From: Candidatus Latescibacterota bacterium
GTDB lineage: Bacteria > Latescibacterota > UBA2968 > GCA-2709665
Assembly (NCBI GenBank): GCA_965205485.1
Contig: OZ242180.1
Coordinates: 512,001 to 576,000, forward strand
Length of the DNA stretch: 64,000 nucleotides
Direction: 5' to 3'
Notes under the pieces: model-generated
The model's database searches: none
What the model was told of the DNA's origin: nothing
What the model saw: only the letters and a program-made list of their open reading frames with translations
Translations under genes and position numbers: made by a program
Shown: one piece after another, positions 16,146 through 25,427 of the stretch
Numbering within the stretch: the stretch's first letter is position 1
Layout: each line of letters starts with the position of its first letter

Positions 16146-18212
16146 TCATTTGAAAAGCCTGCTTCCGGCAGATTCAGTCCTGTATCTCTCCATCAGTGCA
16201 GGAAGCAAATCTCGTCTCTTCTTGCCTACTGCCAGCTTGGATGCGCCGGATGACACATAAACCCCTCTGCTCTCAAGGGCGGGGATGTGCACGTTGATCG
16301 ACAGAGCGCTCAGGGGGTTGTTTCCAACTCCAACGAAGTCTCCATTTCCCAGCCCCGTATTCGCGACCAATGGCAAGAGGTCGGAAATGTTGTTATCATC
16401 AAGCCCCAGGAATACAAGACTCGTCAGACCGGACAGTGCCGACACATCCGATATACTGTTGTCTTCAAGAAACAGCCCTGCCAAGCGGGTCAAAGCGGAA
16501 AGTGCAGAAACATTGGATACGCTGTTGCCGGAGAGATCCAGCACTTCCAGTCGGGTCAGGTTCGATAGCGGCGTCACGTTCGATATGCTGTTTTCGGAGA
16601 GATACAGGACTCTTAACCTGGTCAAGTTCCATAGCGGCGTCACATCCGATATGCTGTTGCTGGGGAGAGCCAGGACCTTTAACGTGGTCAAGTTCGATAA
16701 TGGCGTCACGCTCGATAAACCGTTGTCTTCAAGGTCCAGCCATTCCAGACGGGTCAAACCGGATAGTGCAGACACATTCGATATGCTGTTGTGGGAGAGA
16801 TCCAGGACCTTTAACCCGGTCAAGTTCGATAGCGGCGTCACATTCGATATGCCGTGGCTGGAGAGATCCAGATATATCAGGTTATTCAAGTCAGATAGAA
16901 GCGACACAAGAAGTGTCACGTCCAGTGTCACGTCCGAGATGCCGATGCCGGAGAGACTCAGGCCTCTCAGATTGGTCAAGTAAGATAGCGGTGTCATATC
17001 CAATATGCCGTTGTAGGAGAGACCCAGCCAAACGACGCCGGTCAGGCCTGAGAGTGCTGACATATTCGATATGCTGTTGTAGGAGAGATCCAGATCTTCC
17101 AGGCTGGTCAGGTTAGACAGCGGTGTCACATCCGATATGCTGTTGCTGGAGAGATCCAGAACTTCCAGGTTGGTCAGGTTAGACAGCGGTGTCACGTCCG
17201 ATATGCTGTTGCTGGAGAGATCCAGCCATTCCAAACGGTTCATATAAGAAAGTGGCGTCGCGTCCGATATGCTGTTGTCGGAAAGACTCAGGATTCTCAG
17301 ATTGGTCAGGTTCGACAGCGACGTCACCTCCGATATGCCGTTGTCGGAAAGACTCAGGATTCTCAGATTGGTAAGGTTCGATAGCGACGTCACGTCCGAT
17401 ATACTGTTGCCGGAAAGATCCAGGACTTCCAGATTGGTCAGGCTCGACAGCGGCGTCACGTCCGATATGCTGTTGACATAAAAGAGGTTTGTCCTAATCA
17501 ATGATTCAATTGAATCGGTCAAGTATTGCGAAAGGTTGTCGAAAATTTCATTGATATTCACCTCCCATAACCGCACTTCCTGACCACCGAGGTCCAACTC
17601 CGTGAGGTTAACCGCGAACTCAAGCCCAGTGAGATCGTAAATACCCTTGCTGGATGCATCGAGATGGGTTAAGGTCGCCATCTCCTCCCGGGTGATCGGC
17701 GTACCCGTCGACTTGCCGAGGCTGTCTTCGATAACAGCGCGCAGATTTTCGTCCGGAATATCAACTGCCGTTGCGCCATCACCTCCGCCCGTTGACGGCG
17801 GCGCGCCGCCAAAGCTCTGCGCAAAAATCACAAAGTCAGGAAACCCGATCTCGCCGTCGCTGTTCAGATCGTACCTGGCTTCATACTTGCTGTCGCCCCT
17901 GCGCGAACCGAACACGCCTGCCAGCGCCAGAAAGTCGCTGAAACCGACCGTCCCGTCGCCGTCGAAGTCGGGGGAAGGACCGGTATCGGTCGTAATCACA
18001 CCCGCGGCTGTGCGCTTGGCAGCCGCGATGATCGTGTACTCAGCGGAAAATTCGACAGATGCGGCGTCGCCAATCGTACGGTTAGCCGATCCGTTGCTGC
18101 CGAAACGATCCAGCGATCGATTGTCCGCCACGTCATCGCCGCCAGATGCAGAAGCGGAAGCGACAAGGACTGCCAGGGCGCCGATCAACAGCAGGCTTCT
18201 TTTCCGAATCAT
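16146..18212 (-). CDS. Secreted internalin-type LRR protein (~17 repeats) with an N-proximal dockerin-like tag
   Basis: Start MIRKRSLLL with GGGAGGA RBS; DFDGDGTVGFSDF..DLNSDGEIGFPDF; IPDENLRAVI N-cap; 22-aa SISDVTPLSNLTNLEVLDLSSN repeats; NNPLS C-cap. Confidence 0.9.
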   Translation of the reverse strand: MIRKRSLLLIGALAVLVASASASGGDDVADNRSLDRFGSNGSANRTIGDAASVEFSAEYTIIAAAKRTAAGVITTDTGPSPDFDGDGTVGFSDFLALAGVFGSRRGDSKYEARYDLNSDGEIGFPDFVIFAQSFGGAPPSTGGGDGATAVDIPDENLRAVIEDSLGKSTGTPITREEMATLTHLDASSKGIYDLTGLEFAVNLTELDLGGQEVRLWEVNINEIFDNLSQYLTDSIESLIRTNLFYVNSISDVTPLSSLTNLEVLDLSGNSISDVTSLSNLTNLRILSLSDNGISEVTSLSNLTNLRILSLSDNSISDATPLSYMNRLEWLDLSSNSISDVTPLSNLTNLEVLDLSSNSISDVTPLSNLTSLEDLDLSYNSISNMSALSGLTGVVWLGLSYNGILDMTPLSYLTNLRGLSLSGIGISDVTLDVTLLVSLLSDLNNLIYLDLSSHGISNVTPLSNLTGLKVLDLSHNSISNVSALSGLTRLEWLDLEDNGLSSVTPLSNLTTLKVLALPSNSISDVTPLWNLTRLRVLYLSENSISNVTPLSNLTRLEVLDLSGNSVSNVSALSALTRLAGLFLEDNSISDVSALSGLTSLVFLGLDDNNISDLLPLVANTGLGNGDFVGVGNNPLSALSINVHIPALESRGVYVSSGASKLAVGKKRRDLLPALMERYRTESAGSRLFK

Positions 18213-18760
18213 TGGTAAATCCTCCCGGTTCAATGATGACGATTTCGTCCCTGAACTCTCTCGGGGTGTGACGATTTACGTGCCATTCTGCCGACCGGAT
18301 TGCAGACAAGACCGGTATCGCTCCGGGTCGTTGAACTGCGTCCCAGACGCGTACAGCATCAGTGTGCCGCTGCCGGCGTCCGGACTGTCCAGACGCTGAA
18401 GCGTGAGCATCGCGGATACGGGTGTGACCGGATATCACTATTAGCTCTAAAGATACAGAAAATTTTTTGAATTAATTCTGAAAAATGAGACCTTATTGAT
18501 GATATCTTGTTGAAGTTTGTCCAATTATCCATTAAGATTTGTCGATTTGTAGACATAGCCGTACATGACTGCGCGCAGGCCGCGAAGATCACTACCCGCT
18601 TCGGGGCATCTTCCAGTCAATCGAATCGGGTCGAATTTTCGGTGGCGGGAGGCTGAATACAGACGGAGGAATCGCAGAAAAAGCTTCTAATTGAGCCGGA
18701 GTGGATGTGGATGGGGGAAGCTGCCGCGTCGACGAAGGCGCTCGCGCCTTGCGGGTTCGC

Positions 18761-18794
18761 AAACAAAAAAACCCCGGCAAAAACCGGGGTTTTT
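18761..18794 (-). terminator. Rho-independent terminator after the porV-like gene (possibly bidirectional)
   Basis: aaaaaccccgg-caaaaa-ccggggttttt hairpin with A/T runs on both sides. Confidence 0.8.
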
Positions 18795-18837
18795 CTTGTG
18801 ACTTGAACCAAGGGGATGAAACGGTGTCAGACGTCCG

Positions 18838-19791
18838 TCAGAACGATCCGCTCAGGCTGAAACGAAGCGGCGGTTCGAAGTCGTTGCCGTCGCTGTACGC
18901 GAAATCCACGCGGACGACCTTGCCCTGCACGGGCTTGACCTTCAATCCCAGTCCCAGACTGTACACTTCCGTATCGTATCCGGGTTTGACGCCGGCCCGC
19001 AACGCGAATGCGTTCTGCAGCCACAGTTCGCCGCCGATGCGATACCGCGGCTCGGAGTAATCCGTGGCGTAGTGACTCTCTCCTGTCAACGTCAAATATG
19101 AGAGATCGCCCCCTCTTTCTCCGAAGACTTCCATCGCGAAGCCGAAATCGAACGCGACCGGCATCTGATAGTTGAGTTCGCGGGACTCGATGTCCTTACC
19201 CAGGTTCTTGAACGCCATCCCGAGCCGAAGGCTCCTGAATCCGGTGTTGAACGTCGTGCCGAAATTGAAGTCCACGCCCGTCAGCTTGTCGACGTCGATG
19301 GTTTCCTGCGTCCACCTCACCTGGAATCCGAACGAGAGCTTGTCGGTCAACTTCGTCGCGTAGGAAGCGCCGATGCTGAAGTCGCCGATTTCCAGCATCC
19401 GGCCCGTCCCGACCGGCTGATAAATCGTCGTCTCTTCCACGTCCGGAACCGAAAACGCCATCACGGCCAGCCCGACCACGCCGCGGGTCGTATTGTAGGC
19501 CAGCGCGCCCGAATAGAACCGGGTGTCGACAAGCCAGCGTGTGTACGAAAGCGTATACTCCCTCTCTTCCACATTGGTGAGTCCAGCCGGGTTTACGAAG
19601 ATCGTACTGATGTCGTCGGCGATGGCCGTAAACGCCCCGCCCATGCCGGCGACACGCGCCCCGTGGTCCACCTTGTGTACGGAGAATACGGCCTGGCCGA
19701 GCCGCTTCTGTGTGTCGCTGTAAGCGGCCTCGGGAAACAGCATCGCGTATCCCGCGCACGCCACGATTCCAATCCACAAGATCCGTTTCAT
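18838..19791 (-). CDS. PorV/PorQ-family outer-membrane beta-barrel
   Basis: Signal peptide; GARVAGMGGAFTAIADDISTIFVNPAGL motif; alternating beta strands; terminal Phe. Confidence 0.85.
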   Translation of the reverse strand: MKRILWIGIVACAGYAMLFPEAAYSDTQKRLGQAVFSVHKVDHGARVAGMGGAFTAIADDISTIFVNPAGLTNVEEREYTLSYTRWLVDTRFYSGALAYNTTRGVVGLAVMAFSVPDVEETTIYQPVGTGRMLEIGDFSIGASYATKLTDKLSFGFQVRWTQETIDVDKLTGVDFNFGTTFNTGFRSLRLGMAFKNLGKDIESRELNYQMPVAFDFGFAMEVFGERGGDLSYLTLTGESHYATDYSEPRYRIGGELWLQNAFALRAGVKPGYDTEVYSLGLGLKVKPVQGKVVRVDFAYSDGNDFEPPLRFSLSGSF

Positions 19792-19872
19792 AGGTCTCTT
19801 CCTTCTCCGTATCGGTTGATTGGTTCCACGAGAAGTTGAACCAACATCTCAAGATCCTGGACTTCGGCCGTC

Positions 19873-22179
19873 TCACTTGCTGATTACGAAAATCCCCCGT
19901 TGCGTCTTTCCGGACGTGCCATCCACCAGCGATTCGACCACGTAGAAGTAGACCCCGGCCGAAGCCGAACCGACGTTGTCGATGGTGGTCTGGCTCCAGG
20001 TGGTCTCGCCCCGCCCCTGGTCGTCGTGATTCACCTCGGCGATGAGGTCCCCGGCAACCGTGTATATCCGGATCTGGCACTTCCTTGGAATATTCAGAAA
20101 CCGGATCTGTCCCTTGGTCTCGTAGGCATGGGCGCCGTCATCCCGGTATGGATTGGGTGTCACGATCACCTTCCTGTCCAGCTGGTCCGACTGAGCCGTG
20201 GAGGGGACATAGGGTGTCGAGACCTTCACGCCGTTCACCCACTGCTCCGGCGAGCTGTTGCCGCTCTCCAGTGAGGGAATGGCCATACCCGTCCCGTTCC
20301 AGTCGTTGTGCGCGGCGCTGTAGGTGCGGACGCTGTAGTCATACAGAAATCCCGCAATTGACTTTTTGTCGACGAATTCGTACTTGCCGCCGCTGTAGAA
20401 TATGTCTGACTTCGCCGGGATTTCCACCATCAGTTCCCAGTCGTCACGCTTGAAGAGAGACCGGTAGACCCGGTAGCCCAACACGTCATTGGCCTCGGCG
20501 CCCGAATAGTCCGGGTTGGCCGCACCGTCGGCCGTGTCGTCCCAAACCAGATTAATGAAACCCTCGGTCGTTACGCCTGCGTCCACCTTCACGTCCGGCG
20601 GCGCGTCGGGGAGGTCGTAATTCCACTGAAAAGCTTCCTTGGCCCTGTTGACGTGCTTGACCAGGTTGTTGAACGCCTTGTCCGTACGCATCTCGTCCTG
20701 TTTGCCCTGCTTGGCCCAACCCCAGATATTCTCTTCCACGGGCGCGGCCGCCGCCAGGACGAAGACGAATTTCGCCTTTTCGCCCCGGGCCAGGTCGTAG
20801 GGACCGTATGCGATCGACCCGTGCCAGGCCCCGACGATTGGAGGGTTGTCCTTGATATCGGACTCGGCGCTTATCAGCATGTCATAGATTTCCTGGTAGG
20901 AATGGTTGTCCTGGTCCGGCTCGTCGAAGTCGCCGCGATTGCGATATTCCCACCACCTTACCGTGTGGGGCTGGTCTTCGATCCTGGGGGCGACATAGTT
21001 GTCGTCGCCTTTTGTGTCGTAGGAGAAGGTGGCTGGATCGTTCAAGGTTGACGGCAGGTACGCAATGGGCGCGAATCCCGCGTACTGAAATGCGGTCAGT
21101 TCGCCCGGAACCCGCACCTGCGAGGGCCGCCCGCGATAGCCGGGATTGGCTGTTGACGGGTTGTAAGGCTTGCCGATGTCATCCCCGGGCATCAAGGGGT
21201 TGTCGCCGTCAAAGGCGTACCACATTTTCATGCCCGTTCCCGACGACGGCCCGTCGTAGTTGGCCGCCTCGGTGAACTTGAACCAGTCGTCGTTGTCGGT
21301 CGGCCGGGTTCGCCGGTACCAGGCATCGTAGTTCATCCATCCGTGCCCGGCCTGGGAGATGAAGAAGCGGACGGAAAAAGCGAAAAAGGTGTCGTTCAAC
21401 TGCAGCCCGGCGCCGCCGTTAAGGTCCGCCGCGCCGTCCCCGTCCGAGTCCCCGGTATTCTCGAACTCGTACTCCATGATCTGGAAGTCGTCGTAGTCCG
21501 GATAACTCCAGGTGTAGACCTTTTTGGTAACCGTGACCCCCCGCTTCGTGGTCCAGCGCATGATGAGCAGGCTCTCGGGGAAGTTATCCTTATCGGGATC
21601 CATATAATGACCGTACCGGTAGTTGTGAATCTCGGTGACGTACCTGTTTTCCACCGGAGACTCGCCCGGCCACCAGTTGGCCATCGCCGGCCCTAAGGGA
21701 GAATAGTTCGGGTACCCGATATTCGCCTCCGGCCCCATGGACGCATCGTAGGCCATCATTCTGATGTCGTCGGTAATGGCGCGGGGCTTCGATATCGACA
21801 CGTAGTACTCGCCCTCGGGATCGTCCCCTACCCGCGTCGCTATGTACGTGCTGAAGCCCGGCATCGTGGCCGTGGATTCGAACAATGCCGCGTACGCCGG
21901 ATGCAGGGAACCCCAGTTCCGCTCGCCCCAGTAGTCCTGAAACTCCGTGGAATACTGTCGCGTCCACACGCCGGGATACTGCATGCCCATCTGGCGGTAA
22001 TAGCTCAACCAGGCGTCCGGGTCTTCGGAAACGCCCTGGGTTCCGTAGTTCCAGAACATATCCCACACCTTCGCGCGGGTCTGGAACCTGTGGTTCTCCT
22101 GCGACCCGGCGGGGTCCGGCACGCACAAGAGCAGCGCCAGTAGCGCAGCCATCGCCTCGATCCTGGGAATCTTGTTCAT
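19873..22179 (-). CDS. Secreted protein with an FN3-like domain and a T9SS-like CTD
   Basis: Start MNKIPRIE with GGAGGAG RBS; PDAPP..LVWDD..GYRVYRS..FVD..YDYSV FN3-like; C-terminus VIVTPNPY..IRFLNIP..IRIYTVAGDLI..W..SAGVYFYVVE..FVISK. Confidence 0.8.
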   Translation of the reverse strand: MNKIPRIEAMAALLALLLCVPDPAGSQENHRFQTRAKVWDMFWNYGTQGVSEDPDAWLSYYRQMGMQYPGVWTRQYSTEFQDYWGERNWGSLHPAYAALFESTATMPGFSTYIATRVGDDPEGEYYVSISKPRAITDDIRMMAYDASMGPEANIGYPNYSPLGPAMANWWPGESPVENRYVTEIHNYRYGHYMDPDKDNFPESLLIMRWTTKRGVTVTKKVYTWSYPDYDDFQIMEYEFENTGDSDGDGAADLNGGAGLQLNDTFFAFSVRFFISQAGHGWMNYDAWYRRTRPTDNDDWFKFTEAANYDGPSSGTGMKMWYAFDGDNPLMPGDDIGKPYNPSTANPGYRGRPSQVRVPGELTAFQYAGFAPIAYLPSTLNDPATFSYDTKGDDNYVAPRIEDQPHTVRWWEYRNRGDFDEPDQDNHSYQEIYDMLISAESDIKDNPPIVGAWHGSIAYGPYDLARGEKAKFVFVLAAAAPVEENIWGWAKQGKQDEMRTDKAFNNLVKHVNRAKEAFQWNYDLPDAPPDVKVDAGVTTEGFINLVWDDTADGAANPDYSGAEANDVLGYRVYRSLFKRDDWELMVEIPAKSDIFYSGGKYEFVDKKSIAGFLYDYSVRTYSAAHNDWNGTGMAIPSLESGNSSPEQWVNGVKVSTPYVPSTAQSDQLDRKVIVTPNPYRDDGAHAYETKGQIRFLNIPRKCQIRIYTVAGDLIAEVNHDDQGRGETTWSQTTIDNVGSASAGVYFYVVESLVDGTSGKTQRGIFVISK

Positions 22180-22238
22180 GTCGAAGATCTCCTCCGTGTC
22201 GGCATCCATAATTGCTGCGTTCGTTCCTGACGCGTGCT

Positions 22239-25200
22239 TCAGAACCGCATTCGTATACCCACGTGCGTGATGCGGGGATCGCCTACGTACCGGCTTCGGT
22301 CCTGGAAATCGCCGTAATTGAGATAGTTGGCGTCGTTCGGCCGTGGCCTCTGCAGCCCCCACCACATATAGTCGGTTCCCGCGGCCAGCGCGTCCTTCTG
22401 GTTGAACAGATTGAAGACCTCCAAAAAGACGTCCGCGCTGGCGCCGCCCAGTTCGAAGCGTTTCTGCAGGTTCAGGTCCATTACGGTGCGCAATGGTCCT
22501 CTTGCAATCTGTCGCGTGCCGTCCAGGACCAGATACGTGAACTGAGACCCGGTATAGATCCGGTAGATCAGGTTGGCGTTGATGCCGCCAAGCGGCGTGC
22601 TGCCCCCGATCTTGGGCCCCGGGCCGAATTCCTGCGGCGTGGACAGGAACATCTGAAGACTGCCCTGGCTTCTGCGGCCCACGTCCGTGCCCTCATTCGC
22701 CCTGTGTCCATGCACGATCCACAGGCCGCGGGTCCCCTCCCGTGCCGCGTCCGAGAGCCAGTCTTCCTCCCAGGTGGGCACAATGGCGTCCCTGTTGGTT
22801 GAAAAGTCGTAGACATAGCCGCCGGCGACCCGCCGGTCCGCCTGGGCGGCCCTTATGGCCTCGTTGGCGCCGTGACCGATGATCCGGATCTGTTCATCGG
22901 TAAGGGTGACGGGACGCTCCGAGCTGCCCGTGACCTCCCATGCGAAGAAGTAGTTCCCGCTGGCGATGTAGTTCGAATCCGGGATTACCGTTGCGCCGTT
23001 GCTGACGGCGCCGCCGCCGCCGAGACTGTAGTCGCTCCAGGCCACGTTGAGGGCCGCACGGAACGAGAAGTAGTGGCTGAAGCCCTTCCGCAGACTGAAT
23101 TCCAGGCCGCGCGTGTCTTCGAGGCGGATGTTTGAAAGGGTACTGGAGAGACGCTGGCGGAGGCGGACCCCCGCGCCGCGCAGCTCGGGATAGAGGAATA
23201 CGTCCCAGCCCCCGGTTTCCTGGAACGAGGCGCTCTTGTAGAACGTCGCCAGCGCCAGTGTATAGTCCGACACGAAATTCCAGTCCGCGCCCAGTTCGAA
23301 GCTGATCGTTCGCGCCGTGTTGTCCCATATCGGCCTCGAGATGGACGTGGGCGCCGGACGGTAATGGCTGGTGTATTCGCTGTAGCCGATGCCCGGTATT
23401 CCGTCTCCCGAGCCGAACCACTGGTCGTGGAACATCTGGTAGAAACTCGGCAACTGGTAGAAATGTCCGTAGAAGAAATGGAGGCTGGATCTGTATGTGA
23501 TGGGGTGCGAGATCCCCAGCCGCGGACTCCAGTTCACAATGGGCTTCATGGGGAACCTGGGCGCCGTGAGATATCGCGACATCGTCGTATATTGAAACGC
23601 CCGCAGCGCCCCCATCACCGGAACGTCGGCGCCCCAGAAGCGGTCGTAGCGGATGCCCGCGTTCACAATGAAGCCCTCGAACTCCATCTTGTCCTGGACG
23701 TAGGCCGCAAATTGCTTCGGCGTTATCGGCTGTCCCGGCTCAGGGTTGCCGATATACAGGATCTGCTTCCGCGCGTCGCCGGGCGTATTGCCTTCACGGA
23801 TGAAATGATTGCTGTAGCCCGTGAAGTCGATCCCGATCTTGGAGAAGTGGGTTTTCGTAAGCTGGCTGGAAATGTCGAACTTGAGCGCGCTCCTGGTCTG
23901 CCGGCCGAACGTATACGCGCGCACGCTTCCCCGGCCCGTGTAGAACCAGCCGTCCGTATCGGTTCCGATATCCGCCGTCGAGTTCGATACGCCGCTGGTA
24001 TCCTGTGCGCTCTGATACCGCGAGAGCCTCATTTCGTAAAAGGTCCGTGGGCTGATCGTGTGCGTTATCACGCCGTAGACGACGCTTTCGCTGTTGATCG
24101 TCTCCCCCGCGGGCGACCCTTCGGGCAGGAAAATGTCACGGCCCGGTCCTCTGAGGACATTCCGGACGGACGGGGTTGTTCCGCCCAGAGCGCCGTTGTT
24201 GAAGACCTTCCACCGGTCGTAAATCCAGCCGATCTGCATCTTGACGCTGTCGTGCGCCCGGACGGTCAACTTCGCCGTGTTCCGGGTATTGTACGGCCGC
24301 ACGGACCATGCCCCCGGGAATCTGGCGGCATCGCGCCGGAGCCGCGAACTCGCGAAAAAGGATGTTTCAGGCAGGAGCGGGCCCCCGAGATAGGCGTCGA
24401 AATAGTGACCCCGCTGGTCCGTGTAGTTCGTCCGCTGGTGAACGAGCGCGCCCGTCTCCGGATCCACCTCCGACATCCACGCGGGATCGTTCCACCGCAC
24501 ATGTCCCCGGTGTTCCGGAGCATCGTAGACGTTGGCGCCCCAGTGCTTCTTGCCCCCGGGTGTCAGCCGATACTCGGCCTCGCCGTGATAGTTGGATCCG
24601 CCGTCCCGTGTCACCATCTGCACCACCCCCGCCTGCGCGTTGCCGTATTCGGCGTTCATCCCGCCCGTGATTACGGAGACTTCCTGCAGCGCCTTCACAT
24701 TGGCGCCCCACCACTGGCTGCCCGTGGAGGTGGGGCCCGCGCGTCCGTCCTGGTTCTGCAGACGTATGCCGTCGACGTAGATCAGATTGTCCTCCACCTG
24801 GCCGCCGCGGATCACGCCGCTGCCGTCCACGGCCACGCCCGCTTCGAGCGCCACGAATTCCGAGGCGTCTCTGAGGATCGGCGTCCGGGCGATGTCCTGG
24901 GCGGTCACCACGTACCGGCTCTCCGTTTTGTCCGGCTCCACGGGTGGCGCTTCCGCGACGACAACCATCTCCTCCAACTCCAACTCCGTCTCGCGAAGCT
25001 GAAAGTCCACCGTATTGGTGAAGTCGGACCGGACCTGGATCTGCTCCTGCGTCACCGAGTGGTAGCCGACCATGGAGGCCGCTATCTTGTAAACACCGGG
25101 ATCGACGGAGATGATTACGTAAAACCCCTCTGCATCGGTGGACGCGCCCAGCCGCGATCCTTCGATGACCACGCTGGCGCCCGGCAGCCCTTCACCTTCT

Positions 25201-25316
25201 TCGTCGGTTACCTTCCCGACGATTTTACCGGTCGTGCCGGCCAATGCCGCGCCCGCCAGCGCAAACGCAACAAAGAGTGCAATCACGACGGCAAATCCGG
25301 TCTTCGATCTGTTCAT
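22239..25316 (-). CDS. TonB-dependent receptor with an N-terminal carboxypeptidase-regulatory-like domain
   Basis: Start MNRSKTGF with GGAGGA RBS; GTTGKIVGKVTD..LPGASV; plug IRGG..YVDG..VITGGMNAEYGNAQAGVVQMVTR; NAGIRYD, WSPRLG, NLFN; ends IRMRF. Confidence 0.92.
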   Translation of the reverse strand: MNRSKTGFAVVIALFVAFALAGAALAGTTGKIVGKVTDEEGEGLPGASVVIEGSRLGASTDAEGFYVIISVDPGVYKIAASMVGYHSVTQEQIQVRSDFTNTVDFQLRETELELEEMVVVAEAPPVEPDKTESRYVVTAQDIARTPILRDASEFVALEAGVAVDGSGVIRGGQVEDNLIYVDGIRLQNQDGRAGPTSTGSQWWGANVKALQEVSVITGGMNAEYGNAQAGVVQMVTRDGGSNYHGEAEYRLTPGGKKHWGANVYDAPEHRGHVRWNDPAWMSEVDPETGALVHQRTNYTDQRGHYFDAYLGGPLLPETSFFASSRLRRDAARFPGAWSVRPYNTRNTAKLTVRAHDSVKMQIGWIYDRWKVFNNGALGGTTPSVRNVLRGPGRDIFLPEGSPAGETINSESVVYGVITHTISPRTFYEMRLSRYQSAQDTSGVSNSTADIGTDTDGWFYTGRGSVRAYTFGRQTRSALKFDISSQLTKTHFSKIGIDFTGYSNHFIREGNTPGDARKQILYIGNPEPGQPITPKQFAAYVQDKMEFEGFIVNAGIRYDRFWGADVPVMGALRAFQYTTMSRYLTAPRFPMKPIVNWSPRLGISHPITYRSSLHFFYGHFYQLPSFYQMFHDQWFGSGDGIPGIGYSEYTSHYRPAPTSISRPIWDNTARTISFELGADWNFVSDYTLALATFYKSASFQETGGWDVFLYPELRGAGVRLRQRLSSTLSNIRLEDTRGLEFSLRKGFSHYFSFRAALNVAWSDYSLGGGGAVSNGATVIPDSNYIASGNYFFAWEVTGSSERPVTLTDEQIRIIGHGANEAIRAAQADRRVAGGYVYDFSTNRDAIVPTWEEDWLSDAAREGTRGLWIVHGHRANEGTDVGRRSQGSLQMFLSTPQEFGPGPKIGGSTPLGGINANLIYRIYTGSQFTYLVLDGTRQIARGPLRTVMDLNLQKRFELGGASADVFLEVFNLFNQKDALAAGTDYMWWGLQRPRPNDANYLNYGDFQDRSRYVGDPRITHVGIRMRF

Positions 25317-25427
25317 AGCCGTATCCTCCATCCGCAATATCCGTCCAGATTCGACGATTCGGAGCCAAAACGAAATCGTGCAGGCAGTTCGAGCCCAATG
25401 CGGGAAAAATAGCCCACAATGTGACTA

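Noticed and set aside
5490..17470. Periodic DNA repeats resembling a CRISPR array
   Set aside because: Periods are multiples of three inside ORFs (66, 129, 141, 321 bp), there are no unique spacers and no cas genes.
1..18212. A true cellulosome
   Set aside because: No glycoside hydrolase or recognisable CBM among the tagged proteins and no multi-cohesin scaffoldin in the window.
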